Of a DNA stretch of 64,000 bases, positions 53,033 through 64,000 are shown piece by piece. The stretch lies in contig OZ024741.1 of assembly GCA_964016885.1 (NCBI GenBank), positions 280,674,001 through 280,738,000 of the forward strand. The letters are read 5' to 3'. The notes below the pieces were generated by a model, which was given only the letters and a program-made list of their open reading frames with translations, did no database searches and was not told where the DNA came from. Position 1 is the stretch's first letter, and the number at the start of each line of letters is the position of its first letter. This stretch comes from Eledone cirrhosa (lineage: Eukaryota). Made by a program: the position numbers and the translations under genes.

Positions 53033-53230
53033 CCGGAACCGGCTACATAGGCTCTTCTTTTTCTCTCCGCTCGTTGTCGAATCCGGAATCTCTCGGCTCC
53101 TTTCTGACCTTTTCCACCATCCTTCTGCTGACGCTGAAAAAGTCTGAAATCTTGTTTGTTCTTTCGGTGCGGATTCCATAGAGAACATGCCTCTTACACA
53201 AATTGGGGTGGGGGTTTCAAAATTGTCCAT
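53033..53230 (-). other. Possible first coding exon of an unidentified minus-strand gene
   Basis: Non-repetitive, more GC-rich ORF MDNFETPTPICVRGMF...SLCSRFR ending at CG|gtaaaa, next to a promoter-like region. No homology recognised. Confidence 0.3.
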
Positions 53231-56200
53231 AGTCAATTATTCATTTCAAGTTATTGTTTTCAAGCAAAAAAAGATCGACAACCAAAATTTAAAAAATACG
53301 CGTAAAATTAGCAGTTAAAAATTGCGAACGAATACCGTCCGTACCCTTATGATCAAGTTGGCCTAAATATAACTGATTGCAGATATATACAGAACAAAAA
53401 AAAAAAGAGAGAGGGAAGAAAGCACTGTCACACACACGCCAGAATATGGTTCGCTGGAACTTCACAAATACAAATACATATTTTCACCTGGCTAGATCCT
53501 GATTATAAGAAATTGTTATAAGAACTACTTATGTACCTGCAAAGGCATAAGTATTAAAACTTAATTTGCCTTTAAAAAGTAATAAATCAGTTAGACATAA
53601 ATGAGGTAAAAAGAAAAAGAACATTTTAAATGAATAAAAAATATTTCCTTAGTCAAATTTGCCGCTCTCAGAGAAATTAAAACAAACAGGTTAAAATGGA
53701 ACACATTAAAGAAAATATTCTCCCGTATTTTTAAAAGGGTATTAAAGAAGACCCCCCCCCCCCTCATACCCCTTAACTTATATAATGTGTGTGAGACCCA
53801 AGAGTAGATCTCGAGCAAGAAGGTTAGAGCCTGATCAGTTGAAGACAGTTGCTTCTGACAGGCGAATAAGATAGTTTCACTCTTGTTTATTTTAATAGTA
53901 ACATATTTTTGAAGTATTATAATTATTACTTCTAACTAGAATATTGTAAAAATGGATTTTATGATACTTTTCATTTAATTTTATAAATATTTTCGGTTGA
54001 TCTTTAAAAAATAATCTTTATTTTCTTATAATTTGCCGTTAGTGAGTCATCTGCATAAGCATACTTTCAACAAGTCAGGTTTGCAGCAACAAGTCAATAA
54101 ATAATGTATCGTGTCACCTATATGGAAGAAATAAGGCGCAAATGATCCAACCAATTGGATGACGAAGCGGTAAATTCAAAAATAAGGTGATAAGAGACAG
54201 TGCGACGGACTATTTTATTAAGTAATGTCTTTACATAACAATCAATGGTAAAAAAAAAATACAAACATGTAAAAATTACCTCCCCTTCCGTAATTCAAAC
54301 TAGCCAATGGTAAAGCAGGTTAGTATATCATGTGACAAACTTAACTATCGTGTTAATGGACGTTGAAGTTAACTGGCACCAATTTTAAATTAGTAAAAAG
54401 AAGAAACTATGGCTGCGTAAGTTTGTCAAATTTCTTGCCTTTATTTTATTATATAGAATGTCCTATTCATCGGACTGTACGGATTTGCGTTTTTGTTTGC
54501 TTGATGATTGACCCTAAACCGACACAAACAAAAATTATCAATGTTTTCTTTTTGCTTTCACAATATTCACGCGCTTTGTATATAAAAAAGTGTATATATA
54601 GTATAGTTGTATATTATACTCTACTTTTTCTCTCGCATGCTTAACTTTTATTATTATTATTATTTTTTACTTCTTTCTATGGGTGCTCCGGATATTTTAT
54701 TTCTTTATTTAATAAAATACTTTTGAGTTGAGTGTTAACGAATTTAAGTGTTTAAACCGTTAGTAGCATTAACACAAACTATTCAAACTGGAGGTAGATT
54801 ATTTTTTATATACAGTATATCGTTTATTTCTTTCTTCCTCTCCTCCAGGATTCTGAATAAGTCACCACTTTAAAAAAAATATCAGTTATTGTTTAACTTC
54901 GAGTCGACCTTAATTGATAAAAACGTGTGACAGAGAAGTTCCATCCACGACCATCCTGTTTTTTTTTTTTGTTTTTTAAAAGATGCAATATATACCATGG
55001 ACTATATTCTACACTCACGTCTCCTTCCGAATTTTTGCTGTTATATTTAGTTTGTCCAGGAATATATCATTGTGGTACTTATAGTACACTTTGAATTTTT
55101 AACGAAACATTTTCTGTTCGATATTTTAAAGAGGGAATATGTACAAAAATGGTTTGTCAGAGCCGATGATTAGTAGTGGAAATGGATTCCTCACTAAACA
55201 ACTGAATTAACAAATTAGTGTTCGATATTTTTTTCATATGGCTCTCGTTTCGTTAAAAATCGTTTCAATCAATTATCGGTAATGGCCTAACGGTGCGTCA
55301 GTTCAAATTAGAATATTAGTGTCTGATGAGTAGTGTTTTGTTTTGCTCACGTTAATTATGAATATAGTAATATTTAGTTTCACTTGCTAAAGTAGACACT
55401 TTCACTTCGGAAACCCCATGAATTTCAATTTCAAGGAGCCTGAAAACCCTTACGTTTCAGTTTCATCGTTGGCTCCTGTAGACAATTGCCATCGCTTGTT
55501 CCACGATCACATCCTAAATCGTTAAAGCCGCCCACTTGTCCCACCAAATGGTTGATCTTACAATAATTCTTTCGTCGGGATCATTTTTAACTGAAATAAA
55601 GTGTTCATCCTTATTCTCCGATGCACTAAAGACTTGAGAAAATTAACAGCATTGCATTTACTTATCTTTGGCTTTCCATTTTGCTTTAATCTCATAGCAA
55701 AGAAACTAGAAGCTCTCAGCTTGTTTGTTCATTGTTTCTGTTAGAAATCTTGATGACAATAGCAGAATTGTGTTTGAAAGGTTATGTAAATATGTTTATA
55801 GTCAGAGTAATCTTTTACTCTATCTTTTAAGGTCAATAAAAAAATTACTAGTCAAGAACTGGGGTCGATTCTGCCTCTATATCTCTTTCTCACTATCCTT
55901 CTCTGGAAGAAATCTGCTGTGTTCAGACCTGGAGAAGAGATGGGCTCTACCAGGTTTTAAAAAACAAAACACCATATGTCAATACTGCACCCTAACGATT
56001 TCCTCGGGAGTTCAGAGAGAAATGTAATGTAAGTCTTTTACTATTGTTTTCAAGTTAGTTTCTATTCTGAGATACAACGAAATTTAAATCTAATTTTAAA
56101 AGAATTCCCATTTAAGAATGTGTAACTTTAACCATTTAGTTTTATTGAAGTAAAGGACATTCTGTTTGAGTCCCTAACAAGCCCCACATGACAGCTGAAT

Positions 56201-57639
56201 GGTTTGTTTTAAGGCTATCCAAACGTTTTTTTGTTTTGTTTTTCAAATTCCTTTTAAATTTAATTCATTGGACTGCAGCCATCATACTGAACATGGTTTG
56301 CAGTGACTTTAGATGATCATCCATGTACTTATTTCAGTCTGGTACTTTATTTTATTGGTCTCTATTATTCAAACTGCTGACTACTTCTTGAGTCATCGCT
56401 CTTTCGAAAGAAAAGCCTTCATTTTGCTTTTTCTAATGGCTAGAATATATGTGGATTACTACACCTGCATAAACATCCACACCACTGATGTTATCCCAAG
56501 GAAAGACAATGGTCGATGCAGCTTGGCACCAGTAACAACTCATTTCTATTGCTGAGTAAACTGTAGCAACGTGAAATAGGACCATGTCATAACACAACTA
56601 GTTTTTTAGACCAATAAAAACACACAAATGAACTTTGGTAATCAAGGTAATCAAAGGAGATGCTATGTCTAGATGTTGTCAGCCTCAAAAACATTACTGA
56701 ATTTAACCTTTTCAATACCATTTTTCTAATGAAATATACTGCCTATGGTTTCGATTAATTTTGAAAATAAACATTTTGAGGATTTTAACAAAGTAACTAA
56801 TGAAATGGTTAGTTATCTCATTAAATTCTTTAGTTTCAAAATGGATACACAGTCAAAGTTTTTCATTAAAAAATTCTGTAGCATGAATCCATGTGTACTC
56901 CTAAGTCCTGTGACAATTTCTGCTCAAACTATTTTCATGCCTGCTTTCCATGTCTTTCCTAACCCTTACACAAATGTATACAACTAGATTCTATAAGATC
57001 ACTAATAAAGGATATAGTGAAACTTGCTCTTTATTTTAATTATCATTATCATTTAACACGTATTTTTCCATGCTTACTTGATGAGTTAGATGGGTCGTCC
57101 ACGTAAGAAACAAGTCTGAGCAGTTACTGTACCTTAGCTAGGTTTTTTACAGCTGGATGCTTTTCCTAACACCAACCACATTTACAGTGTGGAACTGGGT
57201 GGTCCCGTTTTGAGGAGGGTCTGGCCAGTTCACTGCGTTGATATCCATTTAATGAAATAACAACATAGATAAAGAATACAGTACAATGATGATATAGTGG
57301 AAGTCGTTTCATCAAACATCTGCTTTTGTTTTCCAACTTAGGTGAAGCAACATATACAGATTAACCCTTTCATTACCTTATTTCTATTGAAAGACACTTT
57401 ATGATTTTCAATTTTTAAAATAAAAAATTTGGAGGTGATTTAGTAATATAACTTTCTCATTATGAAGCTAATGTAGGGCAGTGGGTTTGGCTGAGTTGTT
57501 AGAGTATCAGACAAAATGCTTTACAGCATTTAGTTATGGCCCTTTTTGTTCAGATCTCGCTGAAGTCAACTTTGCCTTTCATCTTTCCACGCTTCATAAA
57601 ATAAAATACTAAGTCGCATCTGAAATCCAGGGCCTTCTC

Positions 57640-58200
57640 ACTCCTTTTGGAGGAATCCATCCCTTGTTCCTATGTCTGGCCATGTGGGGCCGATGTATCC
57701 GGTCAGATTATCAAGCCATCTTGTCTTTGGCCGCCCTCTGGTTCTTCTCTACTGCCTTGGTGTCCATCCTGTCACGTTAATAGTCCACCTGTTGTCTCTA
57801 AAACAAGAGACATGGCCAGCCCATCTATGTTTGCCCTTCTGGATGGTTTTGATTCTCCTTCATGCCAGCCTGCTGTCAAATCTTGGTGTTGCTCTTCCTG
57901 TCATGTAAGGTGATGCTGAGCATGATTCACTCCATTTTATGTTGGACCACTGCAAAAGTCACTGCAGTAGTGGTGTTGAGTGCCCACATCTTACTTCCAT
58001 AAGTCCTCACCAGCAATACATATTCATTAAACAACTTTCTTTTGGTTTCGATGGTTGACTTGAGACTTCTAATGATGTTATAAACTTTTTCCAAAAGCTG
58101 CCCAACCAAGTAGAGCATCATCTCTTGCAACCTTCTTTCCGAGATACACATAACTGTCTACTTCCTCGGTGGTCTCTCTCTATCCTCAAGTCACATACTG
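57640..58200 (-). mobile_element. RTE LINE 3' fragment
   Basis: KRKLFNEYVL...TYGS..WAL...QHKME; WAGH and RGRP remnants. Confidence 0.7.
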
Positions 58201-59394
58201 CCATTCATATAATTAACTTTCTCCTTCCCACAAATTGTTGGCATTGTGCCTAAATTAGAAATCATTATCAAGTTATTGTTTGGAACATAATTTAACAAAG
58301 CAAAGTTTTTAGATAAATGTAAATACTTCAAAATACAATTTTTTGTCATAGAACCAGGGGTGGTTTAGTATCAAAAGCAACATTTTTAGTACTATGGTAT
58401 ATATGATATATTGTCTGTGTCATGTTTTTGGTTACATTATCAAGGCTGATTGTATCAGCTTTGCAGTTGTATAAGGCAGTGTTACGGGGTTCTGAGAAAG
58501 AACTTGTGTATCAGCAGGTATCATTGAGATATATAAATTTTACTTCCTTTAACTCAATGTCCTGTACCACACAAACACACAAAGCTGCATTATCAAGGCA
58601 TTCTTGAAAAATAAACAGCATTATGACTGCATCACATTAAAAATTAAAGTTCTTACTCTAAAACTGCAAATGTTTTCAACAATCTTCCCACTAGTAAAGA
58701 TTCAATAAACATTTGAATTAACAGACCTTTTCTAAATTATTGCAGGATGTTAAGAATTAAATGGAATGCAGAAACTGTTGAAAATAAGTTCATTCTGTGG
58801 TGTTGAAATTCTCCATATGACATGTTATATATAAATCATCAGCATGGATAAAATCTTTGGTATACTAAAGGAGATAGTCCATTGTTTGATTTTTACGTGT
58901 GGCTATTTGACATATATTTATCATAATACCGATGATCCATGTTGAAATCAATATTATTTTCTCCATTATGTGTGTGCCCACGTTCCCTGCTAGCAAGGGC
59001 TGGACGGTTCTACATAGATGAAATCAGTACTGAAGCAGGGCTACTGACCACCCAAACAGGCCAGCGATCTGCATCTTTGAACATTTTGAGTGTGCAGGAG
59101 AGATTGTCATGTCTTTGATACAACTAAAGGGTCCTCCCAACCCTTTGTTAGGCAAGTTTTCTATGGCTGGATGTCCTTCATATCAACCACTTTACAGCAT
59201 GTACTGGGTATATACATATATCTAATCTATTTTTTAAACAATTACTGTGAGATCAATAAAAACTGTTTGTTATTCAACCTCACCCTCTAGATATTGAGAT
59301 AAAGCAGTTGACTCAAGAAATAAGTTGTACTCTTTGCTTGTGCTGGATCTTTCCCTGGTTTGAGGAGTGATTACATTTCCATATCATTATCTAT

Positions 59395-59576
59395 GGATTG
59401 GCAGTATCGGTAGAGGGTCGGACGCCATGCTTTCCAGTATAGTTACGTCCCTTTACGATCTGAGTTCAAATCCCGCCGAGGTTAACTTTGCCTTTCATCC
59501 TTACGGGGTCGATAAAATAAAGTACCAGTAATGAACTGGGGAATTGCTGGCCTTGTGCCTAAAGTAGAAACAATTA
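59395..59576 (+). mobile_element. Representative tRNA-derived SINE (MetaSINE-like core)
   Basis: A/B-box-like tggcagtatcggtagag...gagttcaaatccc, core gcctttcatccttacggggtcgataaaataaagtaccag, tail gctggccttgtgcc.aaagtagaaacaattat. Copies near 24700, 28000, 32250, 39320, 41040, 46790(-), 52670, 57490 and 60890. Confidence 0.8.
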
Positions 59577-60567
59577 TCTATAAAAGCAGATTGTTGTTGT
59601 TGTGTGTGTGCATGTTCCATGTTTATACATTTGCACAATTTCAAACCGATTCAACTCAAAGTCTGTAAGAATGTTGTAAATGGTCTAACTTAGGTCAACG
59701 ACTATTTATTTCATTCAAACTCACCAACAATTACGAAAATAATCGATAAAACTAAATACATGACGCTTTAACCCTCTAATAGAATCTGATTACCTCTCTC
59801 TACTCGCCTTAAAATTCGATAAAACTACATACATGCTGCAACTTTCTCTGATATACGATTAAACTTACAAACTTTGAGAGAACGTTTGTTTTTGAGTGTG
59901 GAATGGTCAAACATTTATTTACTTCAATGACAAAGAGAACTTATTACATTTCATATGAAACAACAATTATTCAAAAGCAACAGATAAATTTATTCAACAA
60001 CAAAAAAACTAGCAATAAATCTTTTTTAAAACATCTATCAACGAACTTGGAAGAAAGAAGTATTAGTTCATTTACTATACACAATAATATCCTCTATGAG
60101 GTCACTAAACCTGCTAGAAACAGCAGCTAACTCTCTCCCATATCACACCACTCCCTACTGTCTTAAATTTAGAAAACATATCCTCTATGAGGTCACTAAA
60201 CCTGCTAGAAACAGCAGTTAGCTCTTCCCCATATCACACCCCTCCCTACTGTCTTAAATTTAGAAAACACACATTAGACAACCATGCAGAACAACTCCAT
60301 CGCAGCTCTGTTGTTCGGCCGGCATCAACTACGCGCGTGTTGCGCAAGTACTGTGAAACAATAAATTTCAACACTTCTTTGCACAGAGATAATATCCATA
60401 GGCGAAACTACAATTGTCACTGCTGACGCAGCTCCTGCTTCGGCAGTCCAGGTCTGCAATTCATTCACCCAGTGCCTGGCAGACAAAAAAGTGCTGCCAT
60501 AAAATGGGTGGTGCAACCTAACTTTGGTAACTTACTGACCTCGAGCAACGCTGGGCTTTAATGCTAG
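59577..60567 (+). mobile_element. Non-autonomous Helitron
   Basis: A|TC start, subterminal ctcgagcaacgctggg hairpin-like motif, CTAG|T end. Contains a ~90-bp tandem duplication (60088-60268). Confidence 0.7.
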
Positions 60568-62129
60568 TTTCCTCTAAACCTTATTTTGTGTGTGGATACA
60601 GTTAAAAGCTTTAACCAACTTGTTACCATATTTCTAATGAAAACAATGCCTGTAATTTTGAAAATAATCATGCATTTGAGGAACATGGTAAAATAACTCC
60701 TTCATTTGGGGATTTGAGGAACAAAACTTAACATGAAATTGTGATGGAAGGTTTTTAACAAATATAAACACTTTAAAACAAATAGATTTGGCATTAAAAA
60801 GGTTTAGCTGTGACAGGGAAATATGAAACTGCAGTATAAATGAGCTCTTTGTCTGATGTGTGTGTTATAAATATATATGTAGGGCAGCAAACTGGATAGA
60901 ATGTTTTGCAGTATTCATTGTCTCTCTTCATTCTGGGTTCAAAACCCACCGTAGTCAACTTTGCTTTTCATCCTTTCGAGGTCAATAGGAAAAAGTACCA
61001 GTCCACTACTGGGGGTCAATGTATAGCAAGATTTGTGGATGGACAGTTGTAGGTGGGGAGGATTGCAACATAATTAATCAAAATGCACCTTAACTCTTTC
61101 ACATAATGATGATTTAGAAAATAGCTGTAAAAAAAACAACAGGATCTGTCAATTTAATTGTTTATAGGGTCTTGTGAAAATCTGCAGTATTAAAGGCTTG
61201 AATTTTTAATGTGATCCAATCATAATGCTGTTTTGTATTTTTCAAGGATGTCTTCCTGATGTAGTTTCATAAGGTAGAGGGCATGAAGAGTTAACCTGCA
61301 GCAGTTTAGACTTTCTCTACACACATTGATCCTTCAGCTAGTTGAAGGAGAAAAAATAATTTTGCTTGTTTTCGACTTGATACAAATTATATAATAGTAT
61401 TTCCTCTTTTTTTCCCTCCATTTTTAACTTCTATCTGTTGGGCGTAGCAAATTTTAGATGATGATAGTCAAGGAATATTTTTTTATCTTGCCTGACTAAC
61501 CAGATGTTTCAAAATAGCACTTTAACTGGCCTAATTTCTTGTCTTGCTTTTGTAACATTTATTATTTTCTGCATCCTTAGAAACACTGACAAAAAATATC
61601 TTATGTTCAGAAGCATCGATTGTATTTTCCATCTAGTTTACTGTGATGTGGTTTTTGTAATTATACAAATTTGGATGGTACTATGAAATGTTTTGAGCTC
61701 TTTAATACTATCCATACAATTGTGAATTTATAAATTGGATTTATAACTAGTATTTGACTTGTGCTAGTCTGGCGCGAGTCATAATGCATATTCCCATAGT
61801 TGACATATTTTAAAAGAAGACAATGTAAGCTAATACTGTCATGAGATAAGAGGTGTGAAAGTATTGTTTTATTATATACTTGTTCAATGAAGCATTGTGG
61901 AACAATGTTAATTTCTCAGATTTCACATTGTATAACCCAACAACCACACAAATAACTCCCTAGTTCCCTTACAAAAGCTTCATACTAATTTAAAAATGCC
62001 ATTAACCCTGTCATGAAAGTACCTGAAACCACCATTGGTTCTATAATATGAAGATGTTTATTTTAAAGTGCTTATATTTATCTAAAAACATTTCATAATT
62101 TTATTTAGATCATTTAAGAATATAGATTT

Positions 62130-63133
62130 TATATGTGGCCGGTGCTCAGGTGCAATAAGTAGCAGCAAGTGCCCACAGAATACTATCTCATTCCATTGCA
62201 CAGATGGTTCTATAGAAATAGTGGACACCTTCCGTTACCTGGGTGACAAAATCAGCAGTGGTGGAGGGTGCTCTGAAAGTACAGTAGCTAGAGTCAGAAC
62301 GGGATGGAAAAAGTTCAGAGAGCTTATACCACTATTGGCTGCTAAAGGGTTCTCTGTAAAAATGAAAGGCAGGCTGTATGATGCCTGCATACGAACAGCA
62401 ATGTTACATGGCAGTGAGACTTGGGCATTGTGTGCAGAGGATATACGCAGACTGGAGAGGAACGAAGCTTGCATAAACGAACTAAGGGAGAAATTAGGAA
62501 TAAGAGGGATCAGATGTTGTTTACTCGAGAGAAGACTACGTTGGTATGGTCACGTGATGCGCATGAAAGACGACAGCTGTATAAAAAAGTGCAGGGCGAT
62601 AAAAATAGATGGTAGCCACGGAGTAGGCAGACCCAGAAAAACCTGGGACGACTTGATAAATTCCGACCTCACACACTTACACCTCTCCAAGACAATGTCA
62701 CTGGACCGAGATCCTTGGCGCTACACAGTAACACAGAAGACCCACCTTGCCTAAGTACAAAACGAAACCTACAGTCAGTAGGCACCTCTAACAAAAATAC
62801 ACCCCCGTCCCACTACCCTCCACCCCATCCACACCACCCCTTTCAATGTAAAATTATGTTGGTACCACAATATCCAGTCCGAAATAAATGATGTCATGTA
62901 GGTGTCACGACAAAAAAAACACACAGTCCACGCTGTAATGTGGCCGTGTAGCTAACACGGTAAAAATCTCCCAGTCCACACTGTAAACGTGGTTGGTGTT
63001 AGGAAGGGCATCCAGCCGTAGAAAACCCGCCAGACAGTCTTATACGAGCAATGCAACCAATCTTGTCTCAAGTGGGAAAATTCCCGTCCAAACCCATGCA
63101 AGCATGGAAGATGGATGTTAAACGATGATGATG
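62130..63133 (+). mobile_element. RTE LINE 3' fragment with 3' UTR
   Basis: DTFRYLGD.I...GG...ARVRTGWKKFREL...KGRLYDACIRTAMLHGSETW...LRWYGHVMRM...GRPRKTW. Confidence 0.9.
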
Positions 63134-63464
63134 TGAAGTTAAGCTTCAAACATGAAAGTTATATTACTAAATCCCTCTAAATTCTTGATTAATTTCTAAA
63201 TCGTCAATAGTCTCTCTCATTAGAAATATAGTATGTATGTATGGTCTCATAACTCCCAAAGAAGCTCCATATTAACATACAGCGTTTCTAGGACTTTTTA
63301 AAGCCTAGCAGAGCACATCTCTTCAGGTCAGAAATATATTACTGAGAGTTAATGCTAGTTACTCAGTGAAAAGAATTTTTTTTTTCATAACATTTATAAA
63401 GTGTTTTGAGGTGTCAGTTACATTTTAATTTATAATTCAAAGAAAAACACTTTACCATATTTCT

Positions 63465-64000
63465 AAGAAAACAACTGATCTGCAAGACTTTCTGAATGTA
63501 CTGGCCAAACATTCACTGGAGGCTGGCTTACGCATCAACTTCTCCAAAACAAAGTGTATGACAACTGATAAAAACAATGCCAATCTACAACCAGCAAATT
63601 GTTCAAGTTACGAAGTTTGTATATCTCGGTCTCAAACTATCATCAAACAACAATGGAATGGTTGCTTCACAGTATCGCATCGCTTTAGGTTGGGCAGCTT
63701 TGAACAAGAACAAGGAAGTACTAACATCAAAACGAGTTTCCTATCATTTGAAGGCTAAGATCTTTGATACTTACATCCAACCAGTTGTGTTATATGGTCT
63801 TGACTGTGTTAATTGGACGGCAAGGTCACTTCAAAAGCTCTCTATACTCCAGAACCACATCATGAGACTTGTGACTGGCAAGCGGCTCAGCGACTGTATC
63901 TGTATCAGTGTGCTGCTCAATTACATCAATTGTCAAGTCGAGTACTCAAACTATCGGTCATATAAAAAGATCAACTTGTGGTATGAGTAGGATATGCCTG
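63465..64000 (+). mobile_element. RTE-like LINE fragment (different family)
   Basis: AGLRINFSKTK.M...KFVYLG...RIALGWAA...KAKIFDTYIQPVVLYGL..W. Confidence 0.75.

Noticed and set aside
55317-55400. Hammerhead at agtgtCTGATGAg...agacact
   Set aside because: Flanking complementarity is present but there is no correctly placed GAAA or stem III.
54500-61500. Box C/D snoRNAs suggested by scattered TGATGA...CTGA
   Set aside because: No terminal stems or recognisable rRNA antisense elements; such motifs are expected by chance in AT-rich DNA.

Overview
AT-rich, microsatellite- and transposon-dense animal genomic DNA with spliceosomal introns. The repeat complement looks cephalopod (Octopus-like); this is an inference. 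Host genes: the last two coding exons of DNAL1 (486-572, 2409-2443, +) and a complete 4-exon TEX36/HDNR-domain gene (28398-45457, +, about 202 aa). Main mobile DNA: (1) an intact-looking Penelope-like retroelement (PLE, 13950-20448) whose coiled-coil ORF1 overlaps the RT/GIY-YIG frame at a U_UUU_UUA slippery site; (2) a non-autonomous LTR element with apparently identical LTRs and a duplicated, over-long tRNA-Trp primer site; (3) a 1.7-kb foldback element with an 8-bp TSD that carries a captured RMND5 exon in both arms; (4) two solo LTRs, Helitrons, mariner and Merlin fragments, many RTE/CR1/CRE LINE fragments and SINEs. Many hammerhead-ribozyme motifs sit in short PLE-derived palindromes. Three copies from two families have a covarying hammerhead whose strands are in a non-circularly permuted order. 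All calls are by eye, without database searches or folding software.
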